Shown here piece after piece: positions 28,611 through 37,761 of a stretch of 64,000 nucleotides of DNA. Position numbers and translations under genes: made by a program. Within the stretch, counting starts at the first letter, position 1, and every line of letters begins with the position of its first letter. The stretch comes from an uncultured delta proteobacterium (GTDB lineage: Bacteria; Desulfobacterota; Desulfobacteria; Desulfobacterales; Desulfosalsimonadaceae), in NCBI GenBank assembly GCA_963826785.1, contig CAWGYD010000006.1:896001-960000 (forward strand). Reading direction: 5' to 3'. Under the pieces are notes generated by a model, which worked only from the letters and a program-made list of their open reading frames with translations, ran no database searches and was not told the origin of the DNA.

Positions 28611-30647
28611 TTATGCCTGCGTCACCTGCTCCAGGACCAGTGCGGTGCGAGCGGGCATGTACAGGCTCAGGAAATGGCGGTGAATGGGATCGGTGATGGT
28701 CTGATGCGTCAGCCCGATGTCCTGGCGGTTCTGACCGCCGTAGGCTTCCCGGTCGGTGTCCAGCACCACCCGGTAGTCCCCCGGTGCGGCCGGAATCCAG
28801 TAATCGGTAAAAGATCGGCTCGGATGGAAATTGAACACGAATATCAGGCCGGCCCGGGAAAACGCCAGCATCTTGGTGCCGTCATCCGAATGAAGGAGAA
28901 ACAGTTCCTGCCCTTTCGGGATTTTCCGGGTCCGGGCCAGTTCGATCATGTCCCGGTCAAACAGGGCCAGGTGGCGGTAGCGCAGCAGCGGATCATCCAT
29001 CAGGTGCCACTGGCGCCGGGCATATTGGTAGGACCAGCCGTTTCCCTGCCGGGGAAAATCGATCCACTCCGGGTGACCGAATTCGTTTCCCATGAAGTTT
29101 AAGTAGCCATGGCCGGCCGTGGAGAGGGTGGCCATGCGGATCATCTTGTGCAGGGCAATGCCCCGGGATACGGCAAGATCTTCCGTGAATACGGACATGT
29201 GGCCGTAGATCCGGTCCCCCACCAGCCGGAAAATCAGCGTCTGGTCCCCCACCAGGGCCTGATCGTGGGACTCGGCATAGGAGATGGTCTTCTCGTCGGA
29301 CCGGCGGTTGATGAGTTCGTGCCAGAGATGCCCCATGGGCCAGAACTCGTCCGGGGTGTCCTTGGCCAGCTTGATCCAGTTGTCGGGCACGCCCATGGCA
29401 AAGCGGTAGTCGAAACCCGCGCCGCCCTCGGCCAGGGGTGCGGCCAGGCCGGGCATGCCGGAGACGTCCTCGGCAATGGTGATCACCGGGTCGGCCAGGG
29501 AATGCACCAGCTTGTTGGCCAGGGTCAGGTAGGTGAGGGCCTCTTCGTCCACGGAATCGTCGAAATAATCGGTGTATCCGGTAAATGCGGTTCCCAGTCC
29601 ATGATGGGTATACAGCATGCTGGTGATGCCGTCGAAGCGGAAGCCGTCAAACCGGTACTCGTCCATCCAGAACCGGCAGTTGGACAGCAGAAAATGCAGC
29701 ACCTGGGGATTTGCGTAGTTGAAGCAGCGGGAATCCCAGGCCGGATGTTCCCCCCGGGGCCCCTTGTGAAAAAACTGGTAAGGGGTGCCGTCGAACCGGG
29801 AGATGCCCTCCACCTCATTTTTCACCGCGTGGGAATGGATCAGATCCATCAGCACCAGAAAACCCATCCCATGGGCCTGATCCACCAGGTACTTGAGTTC
29901 TTCGGGGGTGCCGAACCGGGAAGAGCAGGCGAAAAAATTGGACACCTGGTACCCGAAGGACGCATAATAGGGATGTTCCGCCACCGCCATGATCTGGATG
30001 ACATTGTATCCGGCTTCCTTGATGCGGGGGAGCACTTTTTCCGCAAATTCCAGATAGGAGCCGACCCGCTCCTCTTCCTGGGCCATTCCCACGTGTACTT
30101 CATATACCAGGATGGGGCCGTCGGCGAAGACCGGCCGGTCGTTTTTCCACACGTAGGGCTGAGGCGGCCGCCAGACCTGGGCGTCGAAGCTGTGGGTGGA
30201 CGGATCCTGCACCACCCGCCGGGTCCAGGCGGGAATCCGGTCGCCGGACCCGCCCGGCCACCGCATATCCAGGCGGTACAGATCCGTATGGGAAAGCACA
30301 TCCTCATCCAGGTAAAGTTCCCAGATCCCCTCACTGGAAATCCGGTTTAAGGCAAACCGGTCCTGGACCTGCCAGTTCGAGAAGCTTCCCTTGAGATAAA
30401 TGGCCTCGGCATTGGGGGCCCATTCCCGAAACGCCCACCGGCCGTCCCTGAAATGCAGACCGAAATATTCATGGCCGGAGGCGAATTCGGCCAGGTCCAT
30501 TTTGCCGCCGGTCAGGCGGAATTCCATTTCCCCCGCCATCTCCATCCGCCGGCGGATCTGGTCCTTGTACGGGTGCAGCAGGTAGTCCGCTGCAAGCCGC
30601 CATTGAACGGCCTGATCGATTTGTTTTTCAGTCGCCGGTGGATTCAT
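28611..30647 (-). CDS. glgB: 1,4-alpha-glucan branching enzyme (GH13_8-like)
   Basis: EWAPNA, YEVHVGM, SFGYQV, SRFGTPEELK, FRFDGITSMLY, AEDVSGMP, YAESHDQALVGD, NFMGNEFGHPEWIDFPR. Confidence 0.92.
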   Translation of the reverse strand: MNPPATEKQIDQAVQWRLAADYLLHPYKDQIRRRMEMAGEMEFRLTGGKMDLAEFASGHEYFGLHFRDGRWAFREWAPNAEAIYLKGSFSNWQVQDRFALNRISSEGIWELYLDEDVLSHTDLYRLDMRWPGGSGDRIPAWTRRVVQDPSTHSFDAQVWRPPQPYVWKNDRPVFADGPILVYEVHVGMAQEEERVGSYLEFAEKVLPRIKEAGYNVIQIMAVAEHPYYASFGYQVSNFFACSSRFGTPEELKYLVDQAHGMGFLVLMDLIHSHAVKNEVEGISRFDGTPYQFFHKGPRGEHPAWDSRCFNYANPQVLHFLLSNCRFWMDEYRFDGFRFDGITSMLYTHHGLGTAFTGYTDYFDDSVDEEALTYLTLANKLVHSLADPVITIAEDVSGMPGLAAPLAEGGAGFDYRFAMGVPDNWIKLAKDTPDEFWPMGHLWHELINRRSDEKTISYAESHDQALVGDQTLIFRLVGDRIYGHMSVFTEDLAVSRGIALHKMIRMATLSTAGHGYLNFMGNEFGHPEWIDFPRQGNGWSYQYARRQWHLMDDPLLRYRHLALFDRDMIELARTRKIPKGQELFLLHSDDGTKMLAFSRAGLIFVFNFHPSRSFTDYWIPAAPGDYRVVLDTDREAYGGQNRQDIGLTHQTITDPIHRHFLSLYMPARTALVLEQVTQA

Positions 30648-30712
30648 GATTCCCCTCTTTCCTGTTTTTTAGGTTCGATTGGTGATTATAGCGGTGCGCT
30701 TTCGGACCGACA

Positions 30713-30732
30713 ATCGGGTAAAACCCCTATTT
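30713..30732 (-). promoter_or_regulatory. Candidate operator upstream of glgB
   Basis: Minus strand reads AAATAGGGGTTTTACCCGAT; 15/20 identical to the SOR site. Confidence 0.45.
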
Positions 30733-30891
30733 GGCTGGAAATGGGAATTTATAGTGAAACAGCCGAAGATAAATGCGGGTTGGCTGGTTTGCGCACGGAA
30801 AAAAAGGCATTTGGGCGCAAACAGGCCGAACACCTTTGCAGTCGGCCGGATTTTTCGGCCGCCTGCAAAGGAAAGGTCGGTTTTACCGCTG

Positions 30892-31494
30892 TCAGGGCAG
30901 GGCGGAGAGCTTGTTGTAGTCGATCGCCTGGGCATAGGCAGTCAAATCGTTTTTGGACACATCGTACCCGTTGATGGTGATCAGGAACCGGTTGTTCACC
31001 ACGATCTGGATTTCGCCTTCTTTGGCATCCGCGTCATACTTGACGATGGCCTTCTGGCCGGCGATTTTCTCCAGTTTGCCGCCGTCCGAGGTGGCAAACA
31101 TGGGATTTGCAAACATCATCATCATGCTCTGCAGAAGCGGCGAATCCGTAACCATCTGAAGGGTGACCGAACTGTCGGCTTTGCGGTATTGCCGTTCGGC
31201 CGTGATGCCGCCGCCCATCATGCCCGTATTCATCGCCTGGGAAGTGGAATTTTCCACTTCCCACCCGCTCAGGGGCTGGGGGAGCAGCGCTTCCAGTTTT
31301 TCTCCTTTTTTCTGCAGGATCAGCTGGGAGGCGTAATTCAAGCTCTGGACCGCATTGGAATGTTCCCCGCTGTTATAACTGTTCAAGGCCTCGTTGATCG
31401 CATCGGTAACGTCGTCTGCAAATACGGGAGGGCAAAACGTCAAAAGAAGAGCGAAAAGGGCAAACGCCAGGCGGTGGGCTTTGAAATGTGTCAT
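30892..31494 (-). CDS. Exported hypothetical protein
   Basis: Signal peptide ending VFA-DD; RBS AAGGAG; Met-rich segments. Confidence 0.8.
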   Translation of the reverse strand: MTHFKAHRLAFALFALLLTFCPPVFADDVTDAINEALNSYNSGEHSNAVQSLNYASQLILQKKGEKLEALLPQPLSGWEVENSTSQAMNTGMMGGGITAERQYRKADSSVTLQMVTDSPLLQSMMMMFANPMFATSDGGKLEKIAGQKAIVKYDADAKEGEIQIVVNNRFLITINGYDVSKNDLTAYAQAIDYNKLSALP

Positions 31495-31643
31495 CGTGTT
31501 CTCCTTGGAATCTTAAAAGAATAAGGGTGTCTTCAGTAAAGACAGATCAGTGACTGATAATGATATATAATAAATCGGGGCACGATTGACCAGATTAAAA
31601 CCAGCGGTGATGGAAAAAAATTAATCTGGCCGTCCCCCCGGTG

Positions 31644-32216
31644 CTACTGCCCTGCATTGTAAATTGCGCCTCCGGATTTCCGGTAGAGCTCGAAAACGGC
31701 CAGCGCGTCTTTTCGGAGCAGGTCCACCACCACATCGATGCCGCGTTTGTTCAGCGCCGCCACCCATTTTGCGGGTTTATCCCCTTCGTCAAATCCAATG
31801 GCGCGCGCATCCGCATCCCGTGCGCCGCAGACCAGCCGCCGGATTCCCGACCAGGGAATGGCGCCCAGGCACATGGCACAGGGCTCGGCGGAAGCAAACA
31901 GGTCAAAATGCGCTTTCCCGCCGTCGCTGATGTCATAGCGGCCAAGGACCTGCTGGGCCAGGGAGAGGGCGACGATCTCGGCATGCAGGGCAGAGCAGTT
32001 CAAGGGGATGACCAGGTTTACGCCGGGTGCGACCGGGCGGCCGCTTTGGTCAAACACCACCGAGGCGAACGGACCGCCGCCATGAAGAACATTTAAGCGT
32101 GCCAGTTCGATGACCAGCCGCATTTTTTCGACTTTTCGGGGCAGCACGGCAGGAAATTGCGCCAGCAGCGCCGCCACCCAGTCGGGCAGCCGGATATGAA
32201 GTTCGGGCAGCTGCAT
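31644..32216 (-). CDS. Zn-dependent nucleoside/guanine deaminase family protein
   Basis: GGPF, HAE, EPCAMC, GFDEG. Confidence 0.88.
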   Translation of the reverse strand: MQLPELHIRLPDWVAALLAQFPAVLPRKVEKMRLVIELARLNVLHGGGPFASVVFDQSGRPVAPGVNLVIPLNCSALHAEIVALSLAQQVLGRYDISDGGKAHFDLFASAEPCAMCLGAIPWSGIRRLVCGARDADARAIGFDEGDKPAKWVAALNKRGIDVVVDLLRKDALAVFELYRKSGGAIYNAGQ

Positions 32217-32837
32217 TCAGGCGCAGAGCAGAACCTGGATGCAGAGCTGGCTGATGGACCAGACGATGTCGACCGGCAGATGCGAGCTGCATCCGGAATC
32301 GAGCAAAAGGGAAGCGCTGGACGGCAGTTCCTCATCACCCGACCAGACGATCATCACCACGGGAAACCGTGGAAAAGGCCGCAGCTCAATGGTGGCATCA
32401 CCGAACACCCCGGTTTTTCCGTTGAGCAGGGTCCCTTTCTGGATGAGTGCCGCCGGGTCGTCGCCGAATTTTTCTGCAACCTGATCCAGGGGAAGCCGGT
32501 GAACGCCCTGGCGGAAAAAATCACCGCCCGGCAGTTCATCCGGTTTGATCAGCTGACCGGAGGGGCGGATGTTCTTGGAATGGATCAGATAGTAAAGCGT
32601 CGACAGCTTCATGAATTCGCCGAATTTTCCAACCAGCAGGCGCCCGGTCGCCGAATCGCTGTCACCGCTGACCTGGCGGCCCTTGATGTCAACCGTGATG
32701 GGGGCATCAAAACATTTCAGCTGAAAAATCGATGCGGATGCCGTCCAGGCCGCATCTGATGCAATGGATACCGCATCCGGCACCAGCTCCTCCAGGTCAT
32801 GCCAGGCCCGTTCGAGTCCCGGGATATCATCGGTCAT
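32217..32837 (-). CDS. DUF3786 family protein
   Basis: ELPGG.FF, PFPRFP..IVW.GDEE, SLLLD..LPVD pattern. Confidence 0.75.
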   Translation of the reverse strand: MTDDIPGLERAWHDLEELVPDAVSIASDAAWTASASIFQLKCFDAPITVDIKGRQVSGDSDSATGRLLVGKFGEFMKLSTLYYLIHSKNIRPSGQLIKPDELPGGDFFRQGVHRLPLDQVAEKFGDDPAALIQKGTLLNGKTGVFGDATIELRPFPRFPVVMIVWSGDEELPSSASLLLDSGCSSHLPVDIVWSISQLCIQVLLCA

Positions 32838-32876
32838 GGATTTAAACCCTCGTGAAGAATAAGTGTGTGCAAAACG

Positions 32877-33173
32877 TCAGCTCTCGTCTTCCGGTCCGGC
32901 AGATTCCTTCCAGTCCATCAGCAGCGTTGATTTTTTAAGGGCATTGCAGCCTTTGCAGCAGGGGACGACATTTCCCTTGGTGCTTTTTCCCCCTCTGGCG
33001 ATGGGGACGATATGGTCCATGGTCAGCTCTTTCGGCGGGTATTGTTTTCCGCAGTAATGACAGATCCCTCTGGCCCGGCGGCGCTTCCACCACTGACTGG
33101 CGCGCAGGGTTCGGGCCTTTGATTTTTCCCGCCGGATCTCCTCATCGTCCGGAACATAGGAGAACTGGTTCAT
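32877..33173 (-). CDS. Small stand-alone HNH endonuclease
   Basis: CHYC..TMDHIVPIARGG..N.V.CC..CN..K. Confidence 0.88.
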   Translation of the reverse strand: MNQFSYVPDDEEIRREKSKARTLRASQWWKRRRARGICHYCGKQYPPKELTMDHIVPIARGGKSTKGNVVPCCKGCNALKKSTLLMDWKESAGPEDES

Positions 33174-33213
33174 TTTTCCGCCTGGTTCATGATTCGCAGT
33201 GGTTCAAGGCCGC

Positions 33214-34053
33214 TTATGCAAATTTGCCCAAAACGCCCATTCGTTGAAGCCATTTGCCGATCTGCTCTTTGAGAAGCGCATAGTAGCGCTTTGATCCGCC
33301 CAGTCCGGCCCGGCCGAAAAAATAGTTGATCTCAATAAAATAGGGATCAGATGTCTTCGCGTTGAATATCAGGTCGATTCCCGCCAGGTTGATGCCGGTC
33401 CGGTCGCAAAAATTTCGGGCCTGTTGTCTGCCCGCTTCCTGCAGATCGGGATCCGCTGTCCGGTCGATGACGGCCCCCCGGGCCACGGCTGTCCCGAATC
33501 GTTCTCTTTCGGGCTGTACCCGCCAGTATGAGATCAGCAGTTCGTCTAATGCCGCCACCCTCAGGCAGCGGCTGCCCGAGGGGATATATTCCTGGATCAG
33601 AAAACCGGACTGGCCAGTCTGTTCATACCGATCGGCGATGTTGAGCACCGTTTTTAAAGCATTTTGCGAGTCGATAAAATAGATATTCTCTCCTTCACCG
33701 CCCCAGTCAAACTTGAACACGAAGGGTAGCGGGAAGGCGGAGGGGGATTGACGATAATGGCGGTGGAAATCATTGAGGCGTGGATAAATATGAGTGGCCG
33801 GATGGCGGCAGTTGCTTTGCTGAAACAGTCGGACCTGGGCTGTTTTGCCGGGATGGGAAAATCGTGCGTCATAGTTTGGAAAGACATGGGGGCAGTTTTT
33901 TTTGGCCATGTCATAAAGGTCCCTCCGGCATCCCTGGGGCAGGATGACGGCGTCCGCCCTGCCAATCCAGGCAAGGTCGTCGGGGCCGGGTTCCCGGCCG
34001 GCGCAGAGGATATGGTGATCCGCATCAAACAAGGGATGAAACGAGACGATCAT
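33214..34053 (-). CDS. RimK-like ATP-grasp protein
   Basis: PFVFK..GGEG, LIQEYIP, AGIDLI, FIEINYFFG. Confidence 0.75.
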   Translation of the reverse strand: MIVSFHPLFDADHHILCAGREPGPDDLAWIGRADAVILPQGCRRDLYDMAKKNCPHVFPNYDARFSHPGKTAQVRLFQQSNCRHPATHIYPRLNDFHRHYRQSPSAFPLPFVFKFDWGGEGENIYFIDSQNALKTVLNIADRYEQTGQSGFLIQEYIPSGSRCLRVAALDELLISYWRVQPERERFGTAVARGAVIDRTADPDLQEAGRQQARNFCDRTGINLAGIDLIFNAKTSDPYFIEINYFFGRAGLGGSKRYYALLKEQIGKWLQRMGVLGKFA

Positions 34054-34192
34054 GCGTGCCTCAATCCGGATTCGAAATCGGAAATCTCATGGGTTCGCAT
34101 TTTTTAACGGCAAATGCCTTGCGCTGGTTTTTTTGTATCCTGTTTCGGGCTTGTTGTCATTTCATTTCGCATTCAAGCACTGCAAAGGAAAA

Positions 34193-35104
34193 TCAGTATC
34201 CCAGTTTGCGCATGGCCTTGGCATCTTTGCTCCAGTTTTTTTCCACCCGGACGAAAAGCTCCAAAAAGACCTTTGCCGCGAGCATCTTTTCGATTTCCAG
34301 CCGGGCCGCTTCGCCGATGGATTTCAGCATCTGGCCGTTTTTACCGATGATGATTCCTTTCTGGGAAGAGCGCTCCACGTTGATGGATGCGTGGATGCGG
34401 ACCCGGTTTCTGCCGGGGACCTCTTCGAACGCATCGATGGTCACGGCCGTGGAAAACGGCACCTCCTGATCGGTGAGTTCAAATATCTTCTCCCGGATCA
34501 TTTCGGCGGCGATGAAGCGCTCGGGCAGATCCGTGATCATATCTTCGGGAAAATAAGGCGGGCCGTCCGGCAGGCGCGATTGCATGGCCGCCATCAGCTG
34601 ATCCACCTGGGTGCCTTCGGTGGCCGACACCGGAATGATCTCGGCAAAGGGATATTTTTTGGACCAGGTGTCAATCAATTTCAGCAGGATCGGCTTTTTG
34701 ACCAGATCAATTTTGTTGATGGCCAGAATCGCCGGGGTGTTGGTTATTTTTTCCAGATTTTCAACGATGAGGGCTTCGGCCTCCCGGTTCGGGGCCGAGG
34801 CGTCGATCACTACCAGAATCAGGTCCACATCGGAAAGAGCGGCGATGGCCACCTCCACCATCTTTACATTCAAGGCCTTGCTGCCTTTGTGGATGCCGGG
34901 GGTGTCCAAAAACACAATCTGAAACATATCGCCGTGGACCACTCCCATGATGCGGTTCCGGGTGGTCTGGGGTTTGGGAGAGGTGATGGAGATTTTTTCC
35001 CCGATCATGGTGTTGAGCAGGGTGGATTTGCCCACGTTGGGAGCGCCGGCAATGGCGGCAAAACCCGATTTAAAGCCGGGAAACCGTTTGGTGAGGTCAG
35101 TCAT
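34193..35104 (-). CDS. era: GTPase Era
   Basis: GAPNVGKST, PQTTR, DTPG, NKID, KH domain IIIGKNG. Confidence 0.96.
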   Translation of the reverse strand: MTDLTKRFPGFKSGFAAIAGAPNVGKSTLLNTMIGEKISITSPKPQTTRNRIMGVVHGDMFQIVFLDTPGIHKGSKALNVKMVEVAIAALSDVDLILVVIDASAPNREAEALIVENLEKITNTPAILAINKIDLVKKPILLKLIDTWSKKYPFAEIIPVSATEGTQVDQLMAAMQSRLPDGPPYFPEDMITDLPERFIAAEMIREKIFELTDQEVPFSTAVTIDAFEEVPGRNRVRIHASINVERSSQKGIIIGKNGQMLKSIGEAARLEIEKMLAAKVFLELFVRVEKNWSKDAKAMRKLGY

Positions 35105-35738
35105 GAAGCCCCTTTATCGAATGAAGGTCCGTACTGCCCATATTTTCCTCCGGCGGCGCTTCACCCAATACCCGGCGCAGGGCCGCCCATACCTGGTCTT
35201 TTCCCTGCCGGGTTTTGGCCGAAAACCGGATCAGGTCATCTGCGCCCGGTAAAAGCGCCTTTACCGCCTTGACCCGATCGGCCTGCCGGCTGGCGCTCAG
35301 TTTGTCCGATTTGGTCAGCACCGGGATGACGCCAAGGCCTTGCTGATGCAGCCAGTCCACAAAATTGCGCTCGTCTTTTCCCGGGTCCCGGCGGATATCC
35401 ATGATCAGAACCACGCCTTTCAATATCGGCCGGGAGGAAAGATAGGTCTCGATCATCGGCCCCCATGATTTTCGGATCGCCACGGGCACTTTCGCGTACC
35501 CGTAGCCGGGAAGATCGACAAATACGATGGACTGGTTGATGGAAAAAAAGTTGAGCAGCTGGGTCCGCCCCGGCGTGGAACTGGTCTTCACCAGCCGTTT
35601 GCGGTTGACCAGTGTGTTGATCAGGGAAGATTTGCCCACATTGGACCGGCCCGCAAAAGCGATTTCGGGCAATCCTGAATCCGGATATTCCGTCGGCCTG
35701 GTGGCGCTTTTGATGAATTCGGCTGAAATGATTTTCAT
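35097..35738 (-). CDS. engB: Ribosome biogenesis GTPase EngB/YihA
   Basis: GRSNVGKSS, TPGRTQ, DLPGYG, TKSD; likely start MKIISAEF. Confidence 0.94.
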   Translation of the reverse strand: MKIISAEFIKSATRPTEYPDSGLPEIAFAGRSNVGKSSLINTLVNRKRLVKTSSTPGRTQLLNFFSINQSIVFVDLPGYGYAKVPVAIRKSWGPMIETYLSSRPILKGVVLIMDIRRDPGKDERNFVDWLHQQGLGVIPVLTKSDKLSASRQADRVKAVKALLPGADDLIRFSAKTRQGKDQVWAALRRVLGEAPPEENMGSTDLHSIKGLHD

Positions 35739-35843
35739 GGCCGCCCTTATTCCCGTCCGGACGCAGGCATCAAATTTTTTTTCCGGCGCCTCCGTAAGAG
35801 GCTCTTTTTGCACGTGCGGGGTGCAAAACCCGGTCGAACGGCT

Positions 35844-36721
35844 TTAGATTACCTTGTTTAAGGCATATTCAATGATCCCCTCCGCGCCGTTTTTCATCAG
35901 CACGGGGATCAGATCGCGCACGGTATCGGAGTTGACCACGGTTTCCACGGAAAACCAGTCCGACTGGTACAGCGAGGCCACGGTGGGGGCATTCAGGCTG
36001 GGCAGCAGGGAAACGATGGTCCCCAACTGGTTCTCGGGCACGTTCATCTTCAACCCCACCATCTTTTCGGCCACCAGCGCCCCTTTGAGAAGCAGGGCGA
36101 TCTGCTCGATCTTCTCCCGTTTGACCGGGTCCTTCCAGGAATTTTGGTTGGCGATGAGCTGGGTGTTGGTCTGCATCATTTCGTGGATGATCCGCAATCC
36201 GTGGGCCTTGATGGTGCTTTCGGTCTCCGTGATTTCCACAATGGCATCGGCCAGCCCGGAAACCACCTTGGCCTCGGTGGCCCCCCAGGAAAATTCGACG
36301 TTGACGTCGATGTTCCGGTCGGCGAAATATTTCTTCGTGTACCGCACCAGTTCGGTGGAGATTTTCTTCCCCTGAAGGTCTTCAATGGTTTTGGCCGGGC
36401 TGTCATAGGCCACGGCCACCACCCAGCGGGCCGGCCGGGCGCTAACCTTGGAGTAGATCAAATCGGTGACCACGTGCACGTCCGACTGGTTTTCCGCAAT
36501 CCAGTCCTTGCCGGTAAGCCCCGCATCCAATGTCCCGTTTTCCACGTTGATGGACATTTCCTGGGCCCGGCAAAGGGCGCATTTCAGGGTGGGTCGTCGT
36601 TGACTTCCGGAAAATAGCTCCGCCCGTTGACATTGATTTTCCAGCCGGAGCGCTTGAACAGGGTGATGGTGGACTGCTGCAGGCTTCCCTTGGGAATGCC
36701 GAGTCTTAAGGGTTCACTCAT
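35844..36721 (-). pseudogene. hisG: ATP phosphoribosyltransferase (long form), frameshifted as sequenced
   Basis: ATG 36721 gives [36 protein letters not shown], then TGA at 36586-36584; another frame continues [27 protein letters not shown]. Confidence 0.88.
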
Positions 36722-37095
36722 TTTTTGTATACCTTTTCCGGATCAAATATCGGCTCGCCGATGGTTTTTAATTCATTGTCGATCACCTGCCTGAAAAAAC
36801 AGCTTTTATGGCCCGTATGGCAGGCCGCACCGCCCACCTGCTCCACTTTCAGCAGGAGGGTATCATTGTCGCAGTCGATGCGGATTTCCTTAACCTTCTG
36901 GACATGCCCGGAGGTTTCGCCTTTTACCCACAGCTTCTGCCGGGAACGGCTGAAAAAAGTGGCCTGCCCGGTGCTGAGGGTGGCCTCCCAGGACTGCCGG
37001 TTCATGAAACCGAGCATCAGCACCTCGCCGGTCTCACTGTCCTGGATAATGGCCGGGATCAACCCCCCGGTCTTTTCGAAATCGATGTCAATCAT
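36718..37095 (-). CDS. hisI: Phosphoribosyl-AMP cyclohydrolase
   Basis: [26 protein letters not shown]. Confidence 0.95.
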   Translation of the reverse strand: MIDIDFEKTGGLIPAIIQDSETGEVLMLGFMNRQSWEATLSTGQATFFSRSRQKLWVKGETSGHVQKVKEIRIDCDNDTLLLKVEQVGGAACHTGHKSCFFRQVIDNELKTIGEPIFDPEKVYKK

Positions 37096-37425
37096 GCGCA
37101 AAATCACCTGTTTTTAAATGAAGTCTAAAATTAAACAAGTAAACATAGAGGTTTATGGCGGCGTAGTCAAACTCTTTTTTCAAAAACGGGCGGAGGCGCT
37201 CGACCCGTGCATCGAGGCGCTATTTTCTGTTTTTGCGCCACTTTGACCGGAAAGAAGCCGGTAAAGTTCGAAGTGGGCACTTTTATTGACAATTCGGTTT
37301 AAAGTGCATATGTTTACCGAAAATATATCACTTGCAATATGGGTGCATATATGATCAGGGTGATAACAATTTCTTAAAAAGTGCGGTAAATACGTCCGAA
37401 TCAATTATCGGGAAAGGATGACAAA

Positions 37426-37752
37426 ATGGCCGAAGGCATCATGGAAGTCAGTGATCAGACGTTTGAAAGCGATGTGTTGAAATCGGATCTGCCGGTGCTG
37501 GTGGATTTCTGGGCCCCCTGGTGCGGCCCCTGCAAGGCGATTGCACCGGTGATCGAGGAGATCAGCAAGGATTATGACGGCCAGATCAAGTTTGCCAAAT
37601 GCAACGTGGATGACAATCCGGTTTCCCCCGGCAACTACGGCATCCGGGCCATTCCCACCCTGATCCTGTTCAAGGAGGGGAAAAAGCTGGAACAGATCGT
37701 GGGCATGGTGGATAAAACCAAGATCAAGGAAACCTTGAACAAGGCGCTTTAG
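37426..37752 (+). CDS. trxA: Thioredoxin
   Basis: DFWAPWCGPCK, IPTL. Confidence 0.96.
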   Translation: MAEGIMEVSDQTFESDVLKSDLPVLVDFWAPWCGPCKAIAPVIEEISKDYDGQIKFAKCNVDDNPVSPGNYGIRAIPTLILFKEGKKLEQIVGMVDKTKIKETLNKAL

Positions 37753-37761
37753 AAAATACCG

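Noticed and set aside
32877..33173. HNH gene as a homing endonuclease or defence system
   Set aside because: There is no intron, methyltransferase or defence context. It sits in a housekeeping-linked run.
34062..34090. AATCCGG/AATCGGA/AATCTCA pseudo-repeat
   Set aside because: The period is irregular and the stretch is too short to support.
36584..36586. Selenocysteine readthrough of the TGA in hisG
   Set aside because: The conserved downstream sequence is in a different frame, so readthrough would not restore the protein.
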